In this document: piece after piece, positions 11,430 through 23,701 of the stretch
Position numbering within the stretch: the first letter of the stretch is position 1
Layout of the letters: every line of letters starts with the position of its first letter
DNA from: Negaprion brevirostris
Lineage: Eukaryota
Reading direction: 5' to 3'
Assembly (NCBI GenBank): GCA_030324005.1
Contig: JARDVH010000193.1
Span: 80,294,837 to 80,358,836 of the forward strand
Length of the DNA: 64,000 nt
Made by a program: the position numbers and the translations under genes
The notes under the pieces: generated by a model
Seen by the model: only the letters and a program-made list of their open reading frames with translations
Told to the model about the DNA's origin: nothing
Databases searched by the model: none

Positions 11430-11640
11430 TCAGGTCACTGTCTGTGTGGAATTTGCACATTCTCCCCATGTCCGCATGGGTTTCCTCCAGGTGCTCAGGT
11501 TCCCTCCCACAGTCCAAAGGTGTGCAGGTTAGGTTGATTGGCCATGCTAAATTGCCTCTTTGTGTGAGGGAGACTAGCAGGATAAATAATTGGGGTCATG
11601 GGGATAGGGCTTGGGCGGGATTGTTGGCAGGGCAAACTTG
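11430..11640 (+). mobile_element. V-SINE body and tail (continuation of 7567-7641)
   Basis: TCAGGTCActgtctgtgtggaatttgcacattctcccc...cccacagtccaaagg...ggccatgctaaattgcc. Confidence 0.85.
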
Positions 11641-11644
11641 ATCC

Positions 11645-11875
11645 CTCCCTTTGCAGTGTAGGGATTCCAAAATTTTTACCAATTTTTATACATGCACCAT
11701 AGAAAGCATCCTTTCTGGATGTATCACAGCTTGGGGTGGCTTCTGCTGTGACCAAGACTGCAAGAAATTACAAAGTGTTGTGAGCTTAGCCCAGTCCTTC
11801 ATGCAAACCAGCCTCCCATCAATGCCTCTGTCTATGCTTCCCACTACTTTGGAAAAGCAACCAGCAGGATACTAG
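11645..11875 (+). mobile_element. Rex1/Babar-type LINE 3' fragment
   Basis: FTNFYTCTIESILSGCITAW...DCKKLQSVVSLAQ. Confidence 0.75.
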
Positions 11876-11879
11876 CAGG

Positions 11880-12192
11880 GTAGAATCATTGAAGTGCGGA
11901 AAGAGGCAATTTGGCCCATTGAGTCTGCACTGACAACAATTCCACCCAGGCCCTATCCCTGTACTACACATATTTACCCTGCTAGTTCCCCTGACACTAA
12001 GGGGCAATTTAGCATGGTCAATCAACGTAACTCATCTTTGGACTGGGGGAGGAAACCGGAAAACCCAGAGGAAACCCATTGAGACATGGGGAGGACATGC
12101 AAACTTCATGAAGACAGCCACCTGAGGCAGGAACTGAACCTGCGTCCCTGGAGCTGTGAGGCAGCATTGATAACCACTGTGCCACCATGCTG
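11880..12192 (-). mobile_element. V-SINE copy
   Basis: Reverse complement of the V-SINE head and body with a CR1-like tail. Confidence 0.85.
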
Positions 12193-12194
12193 CC

Positions 12195-12385
12195 CTTAAA
12201 GGACATGAGTGAACTAGATGGATTTTTATCACAATCAACAATGGTTTCATGGTCATCAGTAGATTAATTCCAGATTTTAACTGAATTCAAATTTCACCAT
12301 TTGCCTTGGTGGGATTCAAGCTCAGGTCCCAAGAGCATATTCTTGGGTCTCTGGATTCTAGTCTAGTGACAATACGAATAAACCT
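12195..12385 (-). mobile_element. tRNA-SINE fragment (family of 9165-9510)
   Basis: atggtttcatggtcatc...attccagattt...gaattcaaatttcaccat...ggtctctggatt. Confidence 0.65.
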
Positions 12386-12654
12386 CCCCTAAATACCACC
12401 TGACCCTATCCCCTAAATCCCAGGTGCGATTGTGGTGGTCACAGGCTCAAAGAGCCAGACAGCCTCCTGCACTGTGGAGATTCTATGACTCTAATACGGT
12501 GACACCTTCAATGTTGTGATATGTTGGGAGCAAGCTGTATGAATCATGTCTGAGGTGAAACAGTGGTCAGTGTTCCCAAAGGTGCCAATGGTCCTTGAGC
12601 AACACCTGACTGACAAGGCCTGGAGGGTGGGAATTTTGAGGGCAAGAGAGGCCC

Positions 12655-12856
12655 CCTACAGTGACGTCAGAGGACTTGACGCCTCCCGGCATGCAACGGG
12701 GCGCCGGAAGTGCCGCCATTTTACTCTATTGACAAAACAAGTGACCGAAATTTTGCGGAGGGTTTTGAAGTCGGTTCTAATTTTGTTTTTTTTTCCCCCA
12801 TCCCCCCGCCCCCATTTGTTTTNNNNNNNNNNGGACGGCGTCGGCTTTAAGTTTTC
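12655..12856 (+). promoter_or_regulatory. CUL4B TATA-less CpG promoter / 5' UTR
   Basis: CRE TGACGTCA 12662-12669; ZNF143/Staf-like CTCCCGGCATGCAACGGG 12683-12700; ETS/GABP CCGGAAGTG 12704-12712; YY1 CCGCCATTTT 12713-12722; CpG-rich from ~12650 to 13345. Confidence 0.7.
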
Positions 12857-13373
12857 ATGTTTCGAACGGGCCTCTCTTCACAAAATTCACCGCAGGAGGT
12901 GCGACAACAGGCTGATGTTAGTCCGAGGAAGCGAAAGTTAGCCGAGGCCGGCGAGTTCGAGCACCAGCACCAGACACCTCAGCAAACCCAGCTCTTCCCC
13001 TCCGCCGCCCCCAAGTCTTCCTCCACCTCCTCCTCCTCCTCCTCGTCCTCTGCCTGCTGTAATCACCAGCCTCAGAAGAGAGTCAAGTTCGAGGACTCAC
13101 TGGACTTTGTTGGACTCGATGTGATGATGGCGGAGGAGCAGAGGAAAAACAGCGGCTGCTCCGTGCTCACGGGGCATGCCAACGGCCTGACCAAGTCGAC
13201 CACCTTCGCCAACAGCAAGCCGGNNNNNNNNNNNNNNNNNNNNNNNNNNNNNNNNNNNNNNNNNNNNNNNNNNNNNNNNNNNNNNNNNNNNNNNNNNNNN
13301 NNNNNNNNNNNNNNNNNNNNNNNCAACAGCAAGCCGGGAACGGCTAAAAAATTAGTTATTAAAAATTTCAAAG
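12857..13373 (+). CDS. CUL4B: Cullin-4B coding exon 1 (contains false 100-N gap)
   Basis: MFRTGLSS...QEVR...RKRKL...QKRVKFEDSLDFVG...[28 protein letters not shown] matches the CUL4B-specific N-terminal extension; donor AAG|GT at 13374. Confidence 0.95.
13013..13051 (+). repeat. (TCC)n trinucleotide repeat encoding poly-Ser in CUL4B
   Basis: aagtcttcctccacctcctcctcctcctcctcgtcctct. Confidence 0.85.
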
Positions 13374-16300
13374 GTACAATAGAGTAATAAGAGATCTTAA
13401 TGTTTTAACATGAAGTGTGACATTTGGAAAATTCACTTTCTGTAATGTTGGAATTCTGTTTCTAAAGCATTTTCCATGACCTTTTCCAACTGCTTCTTCC
13501 AAATCATAAAGCCCACGTACATTTCTTTTCAATCTCGACACTTATAAGAGGAGACACCAAAGCCTGGAAAGCAGTTTAGTTATTTTGTTTTCCACTTTAA
13601 TTATTTTAAGTCGGTTTTCCCTTTGGCCTACAAATTTCCTAAAGACAAGGTGAACATTTTCATCACATTACAGGCAGTGACCAAACTGTTTCATTACAAT
13701 CTCTGTTTTGTTAAAAGTTTCCTTCTGTTAAACTTTACTTCCATGTGTGGTAAATCTAACATGATTTTAAACATTCTGATTGACAATTCAAATGAAAAAC
13801 ACCTCCACTTGGAACCCAAGGTTGTTTTCCTTGGTTATGTTTTAAACACCTTTACCATCCTGATAAAATATGTGTTCGATGCCTGAACCATTCAACTTAA
13901 TGTAGTCTTACTGTTTATAGTTCACTAAATTTGCTTGTGCTGCTGCTAGAATTATTTAAATATATGTTTAGGATAAGTATTTTATTTAAAGAGGTTTGCT
14001 GATTATTCACTTTATAAATGAAAATAGCATGTGTTATGAAGGGAGCTGTGTGATTATAGATTGTTTTATAAAATCTGGTATTTTGCAATGGGCCAGTAGT
14101 TACACTTAAATCTGTTTCTTAATCTGAATGCAGGACGTGATGGATTTTAGACTAGATTTTTTTGCTTGTCTTTCTGCTATTGTTGAGTTAAACGTATGTC
14201 ATTTGTACATGTTAAACACAATTGGCCAATACATAATGGAGTGTGGATCAGATCTGCAATGTTTTGGCCATCATGGCTGAATTGGAATGGCATCCTTGGA
14301 TGCAATTGTAGCACTCAAACTGGAGGGTTGGTTCAGATTAGTTTATTTTGAAATGAGATGAATATTGAAGTTGTGATCATACTGGCTTGTGGTTTTGCAT
14401 TTTTACGAAGTGTATATTCTGATCTCAGTTTGGCACATAAGGGCAATAATAATTGGAGAGTAAAGGCAGCACGTTACGGAAACATTAAAATGTTCCCAGG
14501 TTTTATTCCAACTGCAGTAACCTGCAAAGGCTCAATTTATATGCATACGTGAGGAACCATTAGACCTATATTCTAAGACTTGTGCCTCTTGCAAGAGTTG
14601 GAAGAGAAGAAAAAATGGCAAGTAATAAGTAAAGTATAAATATTATGTATACAGGCAAGGGACAGTAGTTTCTGTGAATAGTTAATCTCTATTTTAGTTC
14701 TTGACTTTTAGTCAAAATGAAGTTGCTCAACTTGGGTGCTGTGTAATATATGGAAGGAGAGTACAGCATTTAACATTGAGAATCTATTGTGGAAAGAAAA
14801 TGCAGTTTATGGTGCCATGTCTAATTTGTCTCATGTATTAGCTACATGTAATTATTTGGAAATCTAGATATGGCTAATTGTATTTTTAATTAGTAAATAA
14901 AGAAAGCGTAATTGACACCCTCTGGAAGTCTATAATCTCAATACTGTCACACTTCTATCCATATGGTGAAATGGTAGTACAAAAGGCAGAGTGCACAAGT
15001 TTTTGTTTCCATTCTTTACAATCTTAGTTATTGAATGGTGCACATGTTAAGTATATATACACATCAATTAAATTCGCCTCTTTCGGCATTTGCAGGCATT
15101 TCCTTCTGAAATTTCTGGATGTTGCTAAAAGTGTCACTGTAGTGACACCTGTAGTTAACCAGCTATTTGTATTAGACAATACTGCCTTGTCCTAGGTACA
15201 TAAATGATAAATATAGTACCGCAGAAGAGAATTGCCCCATTTAGTGCATTGAAGTAGAGTACTGAAGGTGTCATGTCAGGTATCTCGGTTACAAAAATAA
15301 TTTTAGTGGATACCTTTGAAATGTTGAGATAGGATTGGCATCCCTGCTTGATCCTGGATATCAAACGCAGAGCACTAATTCAATTTGAAAATATTTTGCA
15401 GCAAGTGAAATGTGAGACCGAATGGTGATCATTTCTGTTATGCCACGATTAGTACTCCTACAAAGGAATGAATGTTGATTCCTGCTCCAACTGAGGAGTT
15501 GTCTGCAATGTCAATTGCTGAGTGGTCTTCGCAAAATGACTGTTAAGTGCACCCCCTAGTGTGGGACTGAACTACAGGGTCAGGTGTTTCTCAGTTTGTG
15601 CTGATTGGGAGAAAGAACAACTAAATTGATATTGGAATTTTATTTGGTGCGGATGGAAATCAACTTGCATTCAGAATTTGATTGTACATTTTGTAGAAAC
15701 AGATATGAGCTTTTATTTTCGACATGTTCGCAGATTCCCCCCTCTCTCTTGATAAGTAGCCTGATAAATTATGGCTACTTGAGCAAAATATTGGTGTGTG
15801 TAGAATTGTATTCCAGCATGATTCAGAACCTTGTGGGTAATGGAAAAGGGCAGCCTATGAAAGCAATTAATTGAATATGTTGCTGTTGTTTTGGGATCCA
15901 CTTTGGTCTCCTATTGACTGCATTCTCACTGTAGAGATTAGGAAATTCCTTTGAGGAGAAATGTTTTGAGCCACGTATATAATACTTGGATGAGTAGTAC
16001 TGGTGGAAGCAGTTTAAGATTGTGAAGTAAGAATATCAGTCTGTAATTTGAATATGATTTTGTATTCTAAATGAAAAGTACACTGAAGCAAGTAGCAGCC
16101 TATATCAGTGTTGCATCTTTCTCTCTTCTGTACCTTGGCTGATTCAATGTAAATTTGTGTTCCCATCTGTTAAGTGTGTGCAGAATAAGACAATTGTGAT
16201 TAGTATGGATGTTGAAACTCTTCAGGTAGGGAACTACAAGTTTAAAATTGTTAACAGTAATTCCTTTTGCACTTCATAGAGAACTGCCTTTACAATTTTA

Positions 16301-16959
16301 GTCAACAGTTAAGGCAGATCGGCATGACTTGCAATTTGAATGAAATTCTACCTTTAACTTTTACTTCCTTGGGTGGTGAGATTTTTCTCAGGGGATCAGT
16401 GGAAAGTACAGGATCGGAGTAGACCCTGCAGTTTGGTAAACTCTGCTTCCAAGAACAACTCAAACACTCACTGCTTCCAATATCTAACCAATTCATCATG
16501 TTCATGAATTTTTCAACATGAATTACTGTGTCTGTAATATCTCCATTCTACATAAGGAAAGTGGAAGATAAAGGCAGAATTTGTCTTGAGATAATAACCT
16601 AGTACATGTTTGGCTGTGAAGCACCTTTGATGCCCTAAGTTTGTGAACGGTTCCACCGGCCCCATTGATAGGAGCAGAGTATTTGTGCAAACAAGATTTG
16701 TTCATATATCTGGCCAATGTATGATGTAAGGATTTTTAATCATAAAAAGCTTCTTTTAAACTAAAGGAGCAGTTCTTACAGAATAGCACCTCAAATCTGT
16801 GGTATTGATTCCTGTCCCTTCCCGGAGTAACATGAGAGAAATGTTGAGATATCTGACTTTCCCTTAAATCTTTTTTTTCCTTAAATAAGGTGACCAATAC
16901 TGTACACAGTACTCCAGATGTGATTCCACAAATGCCCTGTACAGCTGAAGCATATCCTC

Positions 16960-19400
16960 AGAATCATAGAAACGTTTTGGCACAGCAGGAGGCCATTTGT
17001 TCCATCATGCCTGCCGGTTCTCCAAATGAGCTTTATGGCTTAATGCCACCCCCTGCCTTTTCTCCATATTCCTGCACATTATATTTGTTTAAGTAATTAT
17101 CTAACGTCCTCTTGAATACCTTGATTGAATCAATGTCCACCACACTTCCACACAGTGCTTTCCAGATCCAAGCCACTCGTTGTGTGGAGCCAATTTTCTC
17201 TCGTATCACGTTTGCTTCTTTTGCAACTCACCTTAAATCTGTGCCCTCTTGTTCTTGAGGCTTTTACGAGCGGGAACAGTTTCTCTACTCTGTCTCGCCC
17301 CATTGTGATTTGAACACATATCAAATCTCCTCTTAGCGTTTGCCTCTCCAATCTATCCTGATAAATGGAGCTTCTCATCTCTGCGACCATTCTTGTGCGC
17401 CTCTTTTGCATGCTCCAATGTGTTTGCACTTTGCTATAGTGTGGCACCCAGAACTGTGTACACAGGTCTCACTAGTTTCTTCTGTAAGTTCAACATAACC
17501 TCCTTGCTATTCTACTCTATGCCTCTATTAATAAAGCACAGAACATTATATGCTTTATTAAATGCTCTCTCCACCTGTCCTGCCACTTTGTGATTTATGC
17601 ACATGCAGATGTACATCCTCTCTGCTCCTGCACCCTTTTCAGAATTTTTCCATTGACTATATATTGTCTCTCGTGTTCTCCCAAGAGAAATGCCTCAACT
17701 CTCACTTCTCTGCATCAAACTTCATCTGCCACCTATCTGCCCACGCCACCAACTTGCCTACGCCCTTCTGAAATTTTACACTGTGCTCTTGACAGCTTAC
17801 AATACTTGCAAGTTTTGTATCATCTGCACACTTTAAAATGGTCCCCTGCATAGCAAGGTCTGTATCNNNNNNNNNNNNNNNNNNNNNNNNNNNNNNNNNN
17901 NNNNNNNNNNNNNNNNNNNNNNNNNNNNNNNNNNNNNNNNNNNNNNNNNNNNNNNNNNNNNNNNNNGATATATCTGAGGAAAAGCAAAGATCCCAATACC
18001 AATCAATAGGGAACACCACGACAAACTTTACTGTAGCCTGAAAATTTTCCCCTTCCACAACCTGATGCTGCTACGCCAGGGACCCAAAATCTACTGCATG
18101 TTGTGAACGGGAATTTCTGATCTACAAAAACTGTTGCCAACAGCATGCAGAAACCGTCTAAAATCTTTGGATCAATAGGTAGAGTTAAAGGGATTCTTGA
18201 AGAACAATACAACTGAATTTGTAGTGGGCGGGGGGAATCAGAACAGTGCATTCAATGTGATGTGGAAAGGTAAATTAATAGTGTTATTAACTTAGGGATT
18301 TCCATTTCAAGATACGTTCCCTTAAAGAGGAAATGTAAGGCAAACAAATCCGGAGCTCCCTGGATGAAAAATGAGATAGAAATTAAGATAAGGAAGAAAA
18401 AATGTGCTTATGACAGGTATATGATAGAAAATACAGATGACAAGCACTGACCATTACCCTCTACTTCCCATTATTCACAAATTTTGTATTCATATTGCTT
18501 TGTCCCTTTTATCCCATGAGCTATAACTTTTCACGTCTGTGTCGCACTGTATTGAATGCCTTCTAAAATTTCAAGTACGCCACATCAACTGAATTACCTG
18601 CATCAACCCTTTCTATTACCTCTTCAAAAAAAGTTAGTTAAACACTATTTCCACTTTAGAAATCCATGCTGGCTCTTAATCATCCCACATTCTTCCATGC
18701 GAGACTACTATCCTGAATAATTGTTTCAAGAAGCTTGCCCATTAATGATGTTAAACAGACTGACCTGTAACTGCTGGGGCTAGTCTTAGAATCTTTTTTG
18801 AACAACGATGTGACTCTTGTGTTCTCCAGATCTTTGGCACCACACCTTAATTTAGAGTGGATTACTGTCATCACCCATGCAATTCTCATTCTCACTTCCT
18901 TCAGTATCCTAGGGTGAATCCCATTGGTCCCAGTGCCTTGTCACCTTTCAATAGCGACAGTCTATTCCACACTTAATTAATTTTGAACCCTTCTAGGGTC
19001 AGAATTTTTTCGACTGTCAATATATCCTGGTTAGCATCTACTTGCTTGGTACGGATGGATACTAAGTATTAATTTACTACTTCAGGCATGCTTCTTATGT
19101 GAATTCTCTTTTAGGTCCCTTGTCGACCCAACTTGTTTTATCACCCTTTTGCTACTTAAATGCTGATGGAGTACTTCGGGATTCCTCTTTGTTGGCTGCA
19201 AATCTTTCCCCATAATGCCTGTTCCTCTAATTTTCACCTCCCCTATGAACCTTTTGGATTGCTCTTGCTTTTCATCTTTTTTCTATCTGATATCTGTTAT
19301 AAGCACATTTTTTTTCTTCCTTATTTCAATTTCAATCTCCTTTTTCATTCAGGGAGTTCAGGATTTGCTTGGCTTACATTTCCTTGTTAAAGGAACATAC
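16960..19400 (-). mobile_element. 5'-truncated CR1 LINE, interrupted by an inverted duplication at ~18043-18446
   Basis: Minus-strand ORF fragments: VTSLFKK...YRSVCLTSLMGKLLETII, CADDTKL...WQMKFDAEK, LRGDLI...TRGHRFKV. Confidence 0.85.
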
Positions 19401-20469
19401 CTTGAAATGGAAATCCCTAAGTTAATAGCACCATTAATTTAGCTTTCCACATCACACAGTGCACTGTTCTGATTCTCCAACCACCAACCCCCCTCGCCAA
19501 ATTCATAGTCGATTTTTTTCTTCAAAAATCCCTTTACCTCTATCTGTTGCTCCAGAGATTTTAGACTGTTTCTGCATGCTGTCGGCAACAGTTTTTGTAG
19601 ATCAGAAATTCCTGTTCACAACATGGAGTAGCAGACTTTGGATCCCTGGAGTAGCAGCATCAGATAGTGGAAGGGGAAAATTGAAGAGCCTCATTGATTT
19701 TTAGAGTGTAGACAGACATTACATTTGAAATATAGGTAGCTACAATGAATACAGAACTGGATGTAAGTGCATTGGTCACTTTGCATCTCTGTAAGGTCTT
19801 TGTTAACGTTAATAAATGTTAACATTTATTAAATCAAAGTTAGACGGAATAAACGAGAAGACTAAACTTCAGTTTATGTACAGTTCACTTAAAACATCCA
19901 TGTTAACAAAGGGACAATTGCTTAGATGAGTCAAAATAGTATAGCTATTTCTGTGCATCAATGTCTCTTTCAAAGTTACCAGTTATGTCTGGAGAGCGCA
20001 CTTGAAGCTGTATAATGTGCATTGCTCATTCTTACAGTTAACTACAGGAATGATTTAAGGTGAAAAGTTAATTATTATGCAACATTCTTTATATACAACA
20101 TTAAAACATTATAGTGTTATTTAAATCCTGTAATTAATCTAAATTAGGAAATACTACAACATCACTTATAAAACTTCACCTATTAGATATTTTCCTAATA
20201 AGTATATTAAACTTTTCAAATTACTTTGCCATTAAATTATTTTGAATGCAGCCATGGGAAGAACATTTAAAATAGTTTTGTTGTTTGTTGGAGAAAGCAA
20301 AATACAAGTTTGAAATAGTGTTGCATGAATCATTTGCTTTTGAGACTGTAGATTTGTCCAACTGTACAGCTGTAACTTTTTTACAAAACCATTGACCTTT
20401 ATGACATTTATGTAATGCTATAAACCATAAGGAAGGTACTGGCAGAACTCACTCAGATATCAAGATTGG

Positions 20470-21510
20470 TGAAATGGCCCAACAAGTAGCAGAAGAAATT
20501 TGATACAGAGGTGTAAAGTGATATATTTTGATAGAAAGAACGCGAAGAGGTAATTTACATCAAATGTTAAAATTTTAGAGGGAATGCAGAAAGGCAGGTC
20601 AAACTCAGTGAGAAAAGCATGGATTGATCAGGGGTAGTCAGCACATGGCTGGTCAGAAAAGTAAACTATCTAATACTGGGGAAGGTGGCAAGTTGGCTTA
20701 GCACAAGGAAACGGGTAGTGATCAATGGATGTTTTTATGAATAGAAAGTGGGTTCTCCTGCCATCCCACAGGGCTCAATGTTGGCCCTTAATGTTTGTTG
20801 TATATGTTAAGGATTCGTACTTAAGTGTGGGGTTGTATATATTAGCAATTTGGATTTAAATGTGGGGAGCACAAACAGGAAATTTTCAAATGATACAGAA
20901 ATTGGCCATCTAGTTGATTGTGATGGGGTAGCTATTGTCTTCAGAATTATATCAATAGTTTGGTTGAGTGGGTGGAAGAGTGACACATGGAATTCAATCT
21001 GGAGATGTGTGATGTAATGCATTTAGGGAGGGCAAAGACAGCAAGGGAACATTTAATAAACTGGATGATATTGAATGGAATTGGGTAAGTGAGAGATGTT
21101 GGCATGCATGACCACAGGACCCTGACGGTAGTGGGGCAGGGGGATAAGGTGGTAAAGAAAGCACAGAAAATGCTGTCCTTTATCAGATGAAGTGTTGAAT
21201 ACAAAAGCACGGCTGTAATGATGGAATTGTATAAAATGCTGGTTGGGCCAAGACTGGAATCATGTGTACTGTTCTCGTCATCACATTTTGGGAAAGACAC
21301 AATTGTTCTGGAGAGATTGCAGCAATTTAGAAAAATGTCGCTAGCTTTTGAAAATTGCAGCTAGAAAGAAAAAATAGACCCAGGTTATTTTGTTTTCCTT
21401 AGAAGAAACTGAGGAGTGATCTATTTGAGGTGTACAAAGTTGAGGAGGTGGACAGCAATTACCTGTTTCCCCTAGCTGAGGGGTCAGTTACCAGAAGGCA
21501 CAGACTGGGT
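20470..21510 (+). mobile_element. CR1 LINE fragments
   Basis: Decayed RT C-terminal half (gatacagaaattggc...atggaattcaatctggagatgtgtgatgtaatgcattt). Confidence 0.75.
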
Positions 21511-21702
21511 GCTCAACATTCAAGGTATATAATATTCCAGAAAAACAGGCGAATCAGAATCGGTTTGAGCTGAAATCATGAATAACCGGGAAAGGAAGAT
21601 AAGGATGGGAGTTGTCTATAGACCCAGAAAATGTTGAGCATAAATCAGGAAATATGAAGGGCATGTTTGAAGGAACTGCAGTTATCATGGGTGATTTTGG
21701 GG

Positions 21703-22045
21703 GGAGATGATGACCTAGTGATATTATTCCTAGACTATTAATGCAGAAATTCAGCTAATGCTCTGGGAAGCCTGGTTCAAATCCCACCATGGCAGATGGA
21801 ATTTGAATTCAATAAAAAAAGTCTGGAATTCACAAACTACTGATGACTCTGAAATCATTGTCGATTGTCAAAAAAGCCCATCTGGTTCACCAATGTCCTC
21901 CAAGGAAGGAAATCTCATCCTTACCTGGCCTGGCCCATCCAACTCCAGAGCCACAGCAATGTGGTTGACTCTTAATTGCCCTCTGAAGCGGCTGAGGATA
22001 GGTAATAAATGCTGGCCAGCCAGTGATGCCCATGGCCCACAAAGA
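21703..22045 (+). mobile_element. tRNA-SINE inserted into a CR1
   Basis: Homologous to 9165-9510; ends aataaatgctggccagccagtgatgccca. Confidence 0.75.
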
Positions 22046-22049
22046 ATTT

Positions 22050-23400
22050 TTTGAAAATCTGCATATTGATTGGACTAACCAGACTGGCAGTGGTACTGTC
22101 GAATAATGTTAAATTGAAAAGCAGGATGTACAAAATGGCAAAGGATAGTGATAGACCAAAGCACTGGCAAGTTTTTAGGATCCAGCAGCAAAAGAGGGAG
22201 AAAATAAATTTTGAGAAAATTTGCATGCAGCGTCAGAACAAACAGTAAGAGTTTCTATGGATATTTAAATAGGAAATGGGCGGCTACAGTTAAATGTGGG
22301 ATCTCAGCTAGGTTGGTGAATTGATAAAAGCAAACAAAAAAATGTTGGATATGCTCAGTAAATTATTTGCATCAGTCTTCACTATGGAAAACATTGTCAA
22401 TATNNNNNNNNNNCCTTAAGATATCAAATGAGCTAACTTCAAATAACATAGTAGAACTTAGAAAAATCCCAGTCACATGGGATAGAATATTAGAAAAACT
22501 CAAGGGGCTAAAGGTGGACATGTCACTAGGACCCAATGAACTGCATGCCAGAGTTTTAATGGAAATGGCTGCAGAGGTAGCAGACCCATTGGTTGAAATT
22601 TTTTGTAACTCACCAAATTCAGAGAAGGTACTAGAAGATTGGAAAGTTGTCAATGTGACTCCCTTGTTCAAAAAGGGGAGAAAGACAGAGGCAGGGAATG
22701 ATAGACCAGTTAGTTTAACATCTATTATTGGCAAGACTCCAGAATCAATAATAAAAAGAGAAATATCTAATCATTTAGGAAAGCTGAATATAATCAAATT
22801 TGGTCAACATGAACATTGTTTGAAAGGTAAATCATGTTTGACAAATTTTCTCAATTTCTTTGAGAATGTAACAGAGAGTAGATAAAGAGGAACCTGTAGA
22901 TGTGTAGTTATTTAGATTTCCAGAAAGCATTTGACAAGATGCTGCATAGGAGGTTGGTGCATAAAGTAAAAGCCCATGGAATTGCAAGTGTTTGCATTGA
23001 TTTAAAACTGGCCATCACACAGAAAACAGAGTTGGAATAAATGGTTCCTTTTCAGAGTGGAAAGATTTGACTAATGGTATATCGCATGGATTAGTTCTTG
23101 GCCCACAACTGTTCACTATTTACATTCTTTTCCTTCCTCCAGGTTATGAATGTAAGGGTTCCAAATTTGCCAATGATATAAAGATAGATGGGAGGGCATG
23201 TAATGATAAGGAAACAGTGATTGTGAACAGGATGTAGATAAATTGGGTGACTGGACGAAAAGCTGGCAAATGGAGTTTAATGTGGGGAAGTTTAAGATTG
23301 TGCACTTTGGGGGAATCAAAAGGCAGATCATTATCCAAATGATAGACTGCTGGTGAGCAAAATACAGAGGGATTTAGGTGTCCTGTTGCATGAATCAAAA
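22050..23400 (+). mobile_element. CR1 LINE ORF2 fragment
   Basis: ORF 22367-22885: GPNELHARVL...EDWKVVNVTPLFKKG...RPVSLTSIIGK...GKSCLTNFLNFFE. Confidence 0.9.
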
Positions 23401-23499
23401 AACAAAGATATAGCACAGGAACAGGCCCTTCGGTCCTCCAAGCCTGCGCTGATCATGTGTTCCTATCCGTTTATGTCCCTTTATTCCCAATCTGTTCAT

Positions 23500-23700
23500 G
23501 TGGCGAACACTGCTGTCTCACAGTGCCAGGGACCCAGGCGGGTTCAATTCCTGGCTTGGGTCACTGTCTGTGTGGAGTCTGCATGTTCTCTTCGTGTCTG
23601 TGTGGGCTTCCTCCAGGTGTTCCAGTTCCCCCCTCAGTCTAAAAGACGTGTTGGTTAGGTGCATTGGCCATGCCAAATTCTCTCTGTGTACCTGAACAGG
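23500..23700 (+). mobile_element. V-SINE copy
   Basis: cactgctgtctcacagtgccagggaccc...gggtcactgtctgtgtggag. Confidence 0.8.
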
Positions 23701-23701
23701 T

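Noticed and set aside
1-12600. MCTS1 exons or the upstream exon of the long mammalian CUL4B isoform
   Set aside because: No matching peptide seen on either strand by eye.
12546-12941. 131-aa ORF overlapping the CUL4B start
   Set aside because: Runs through promoter motifs and an N gap; no recognisable protein.
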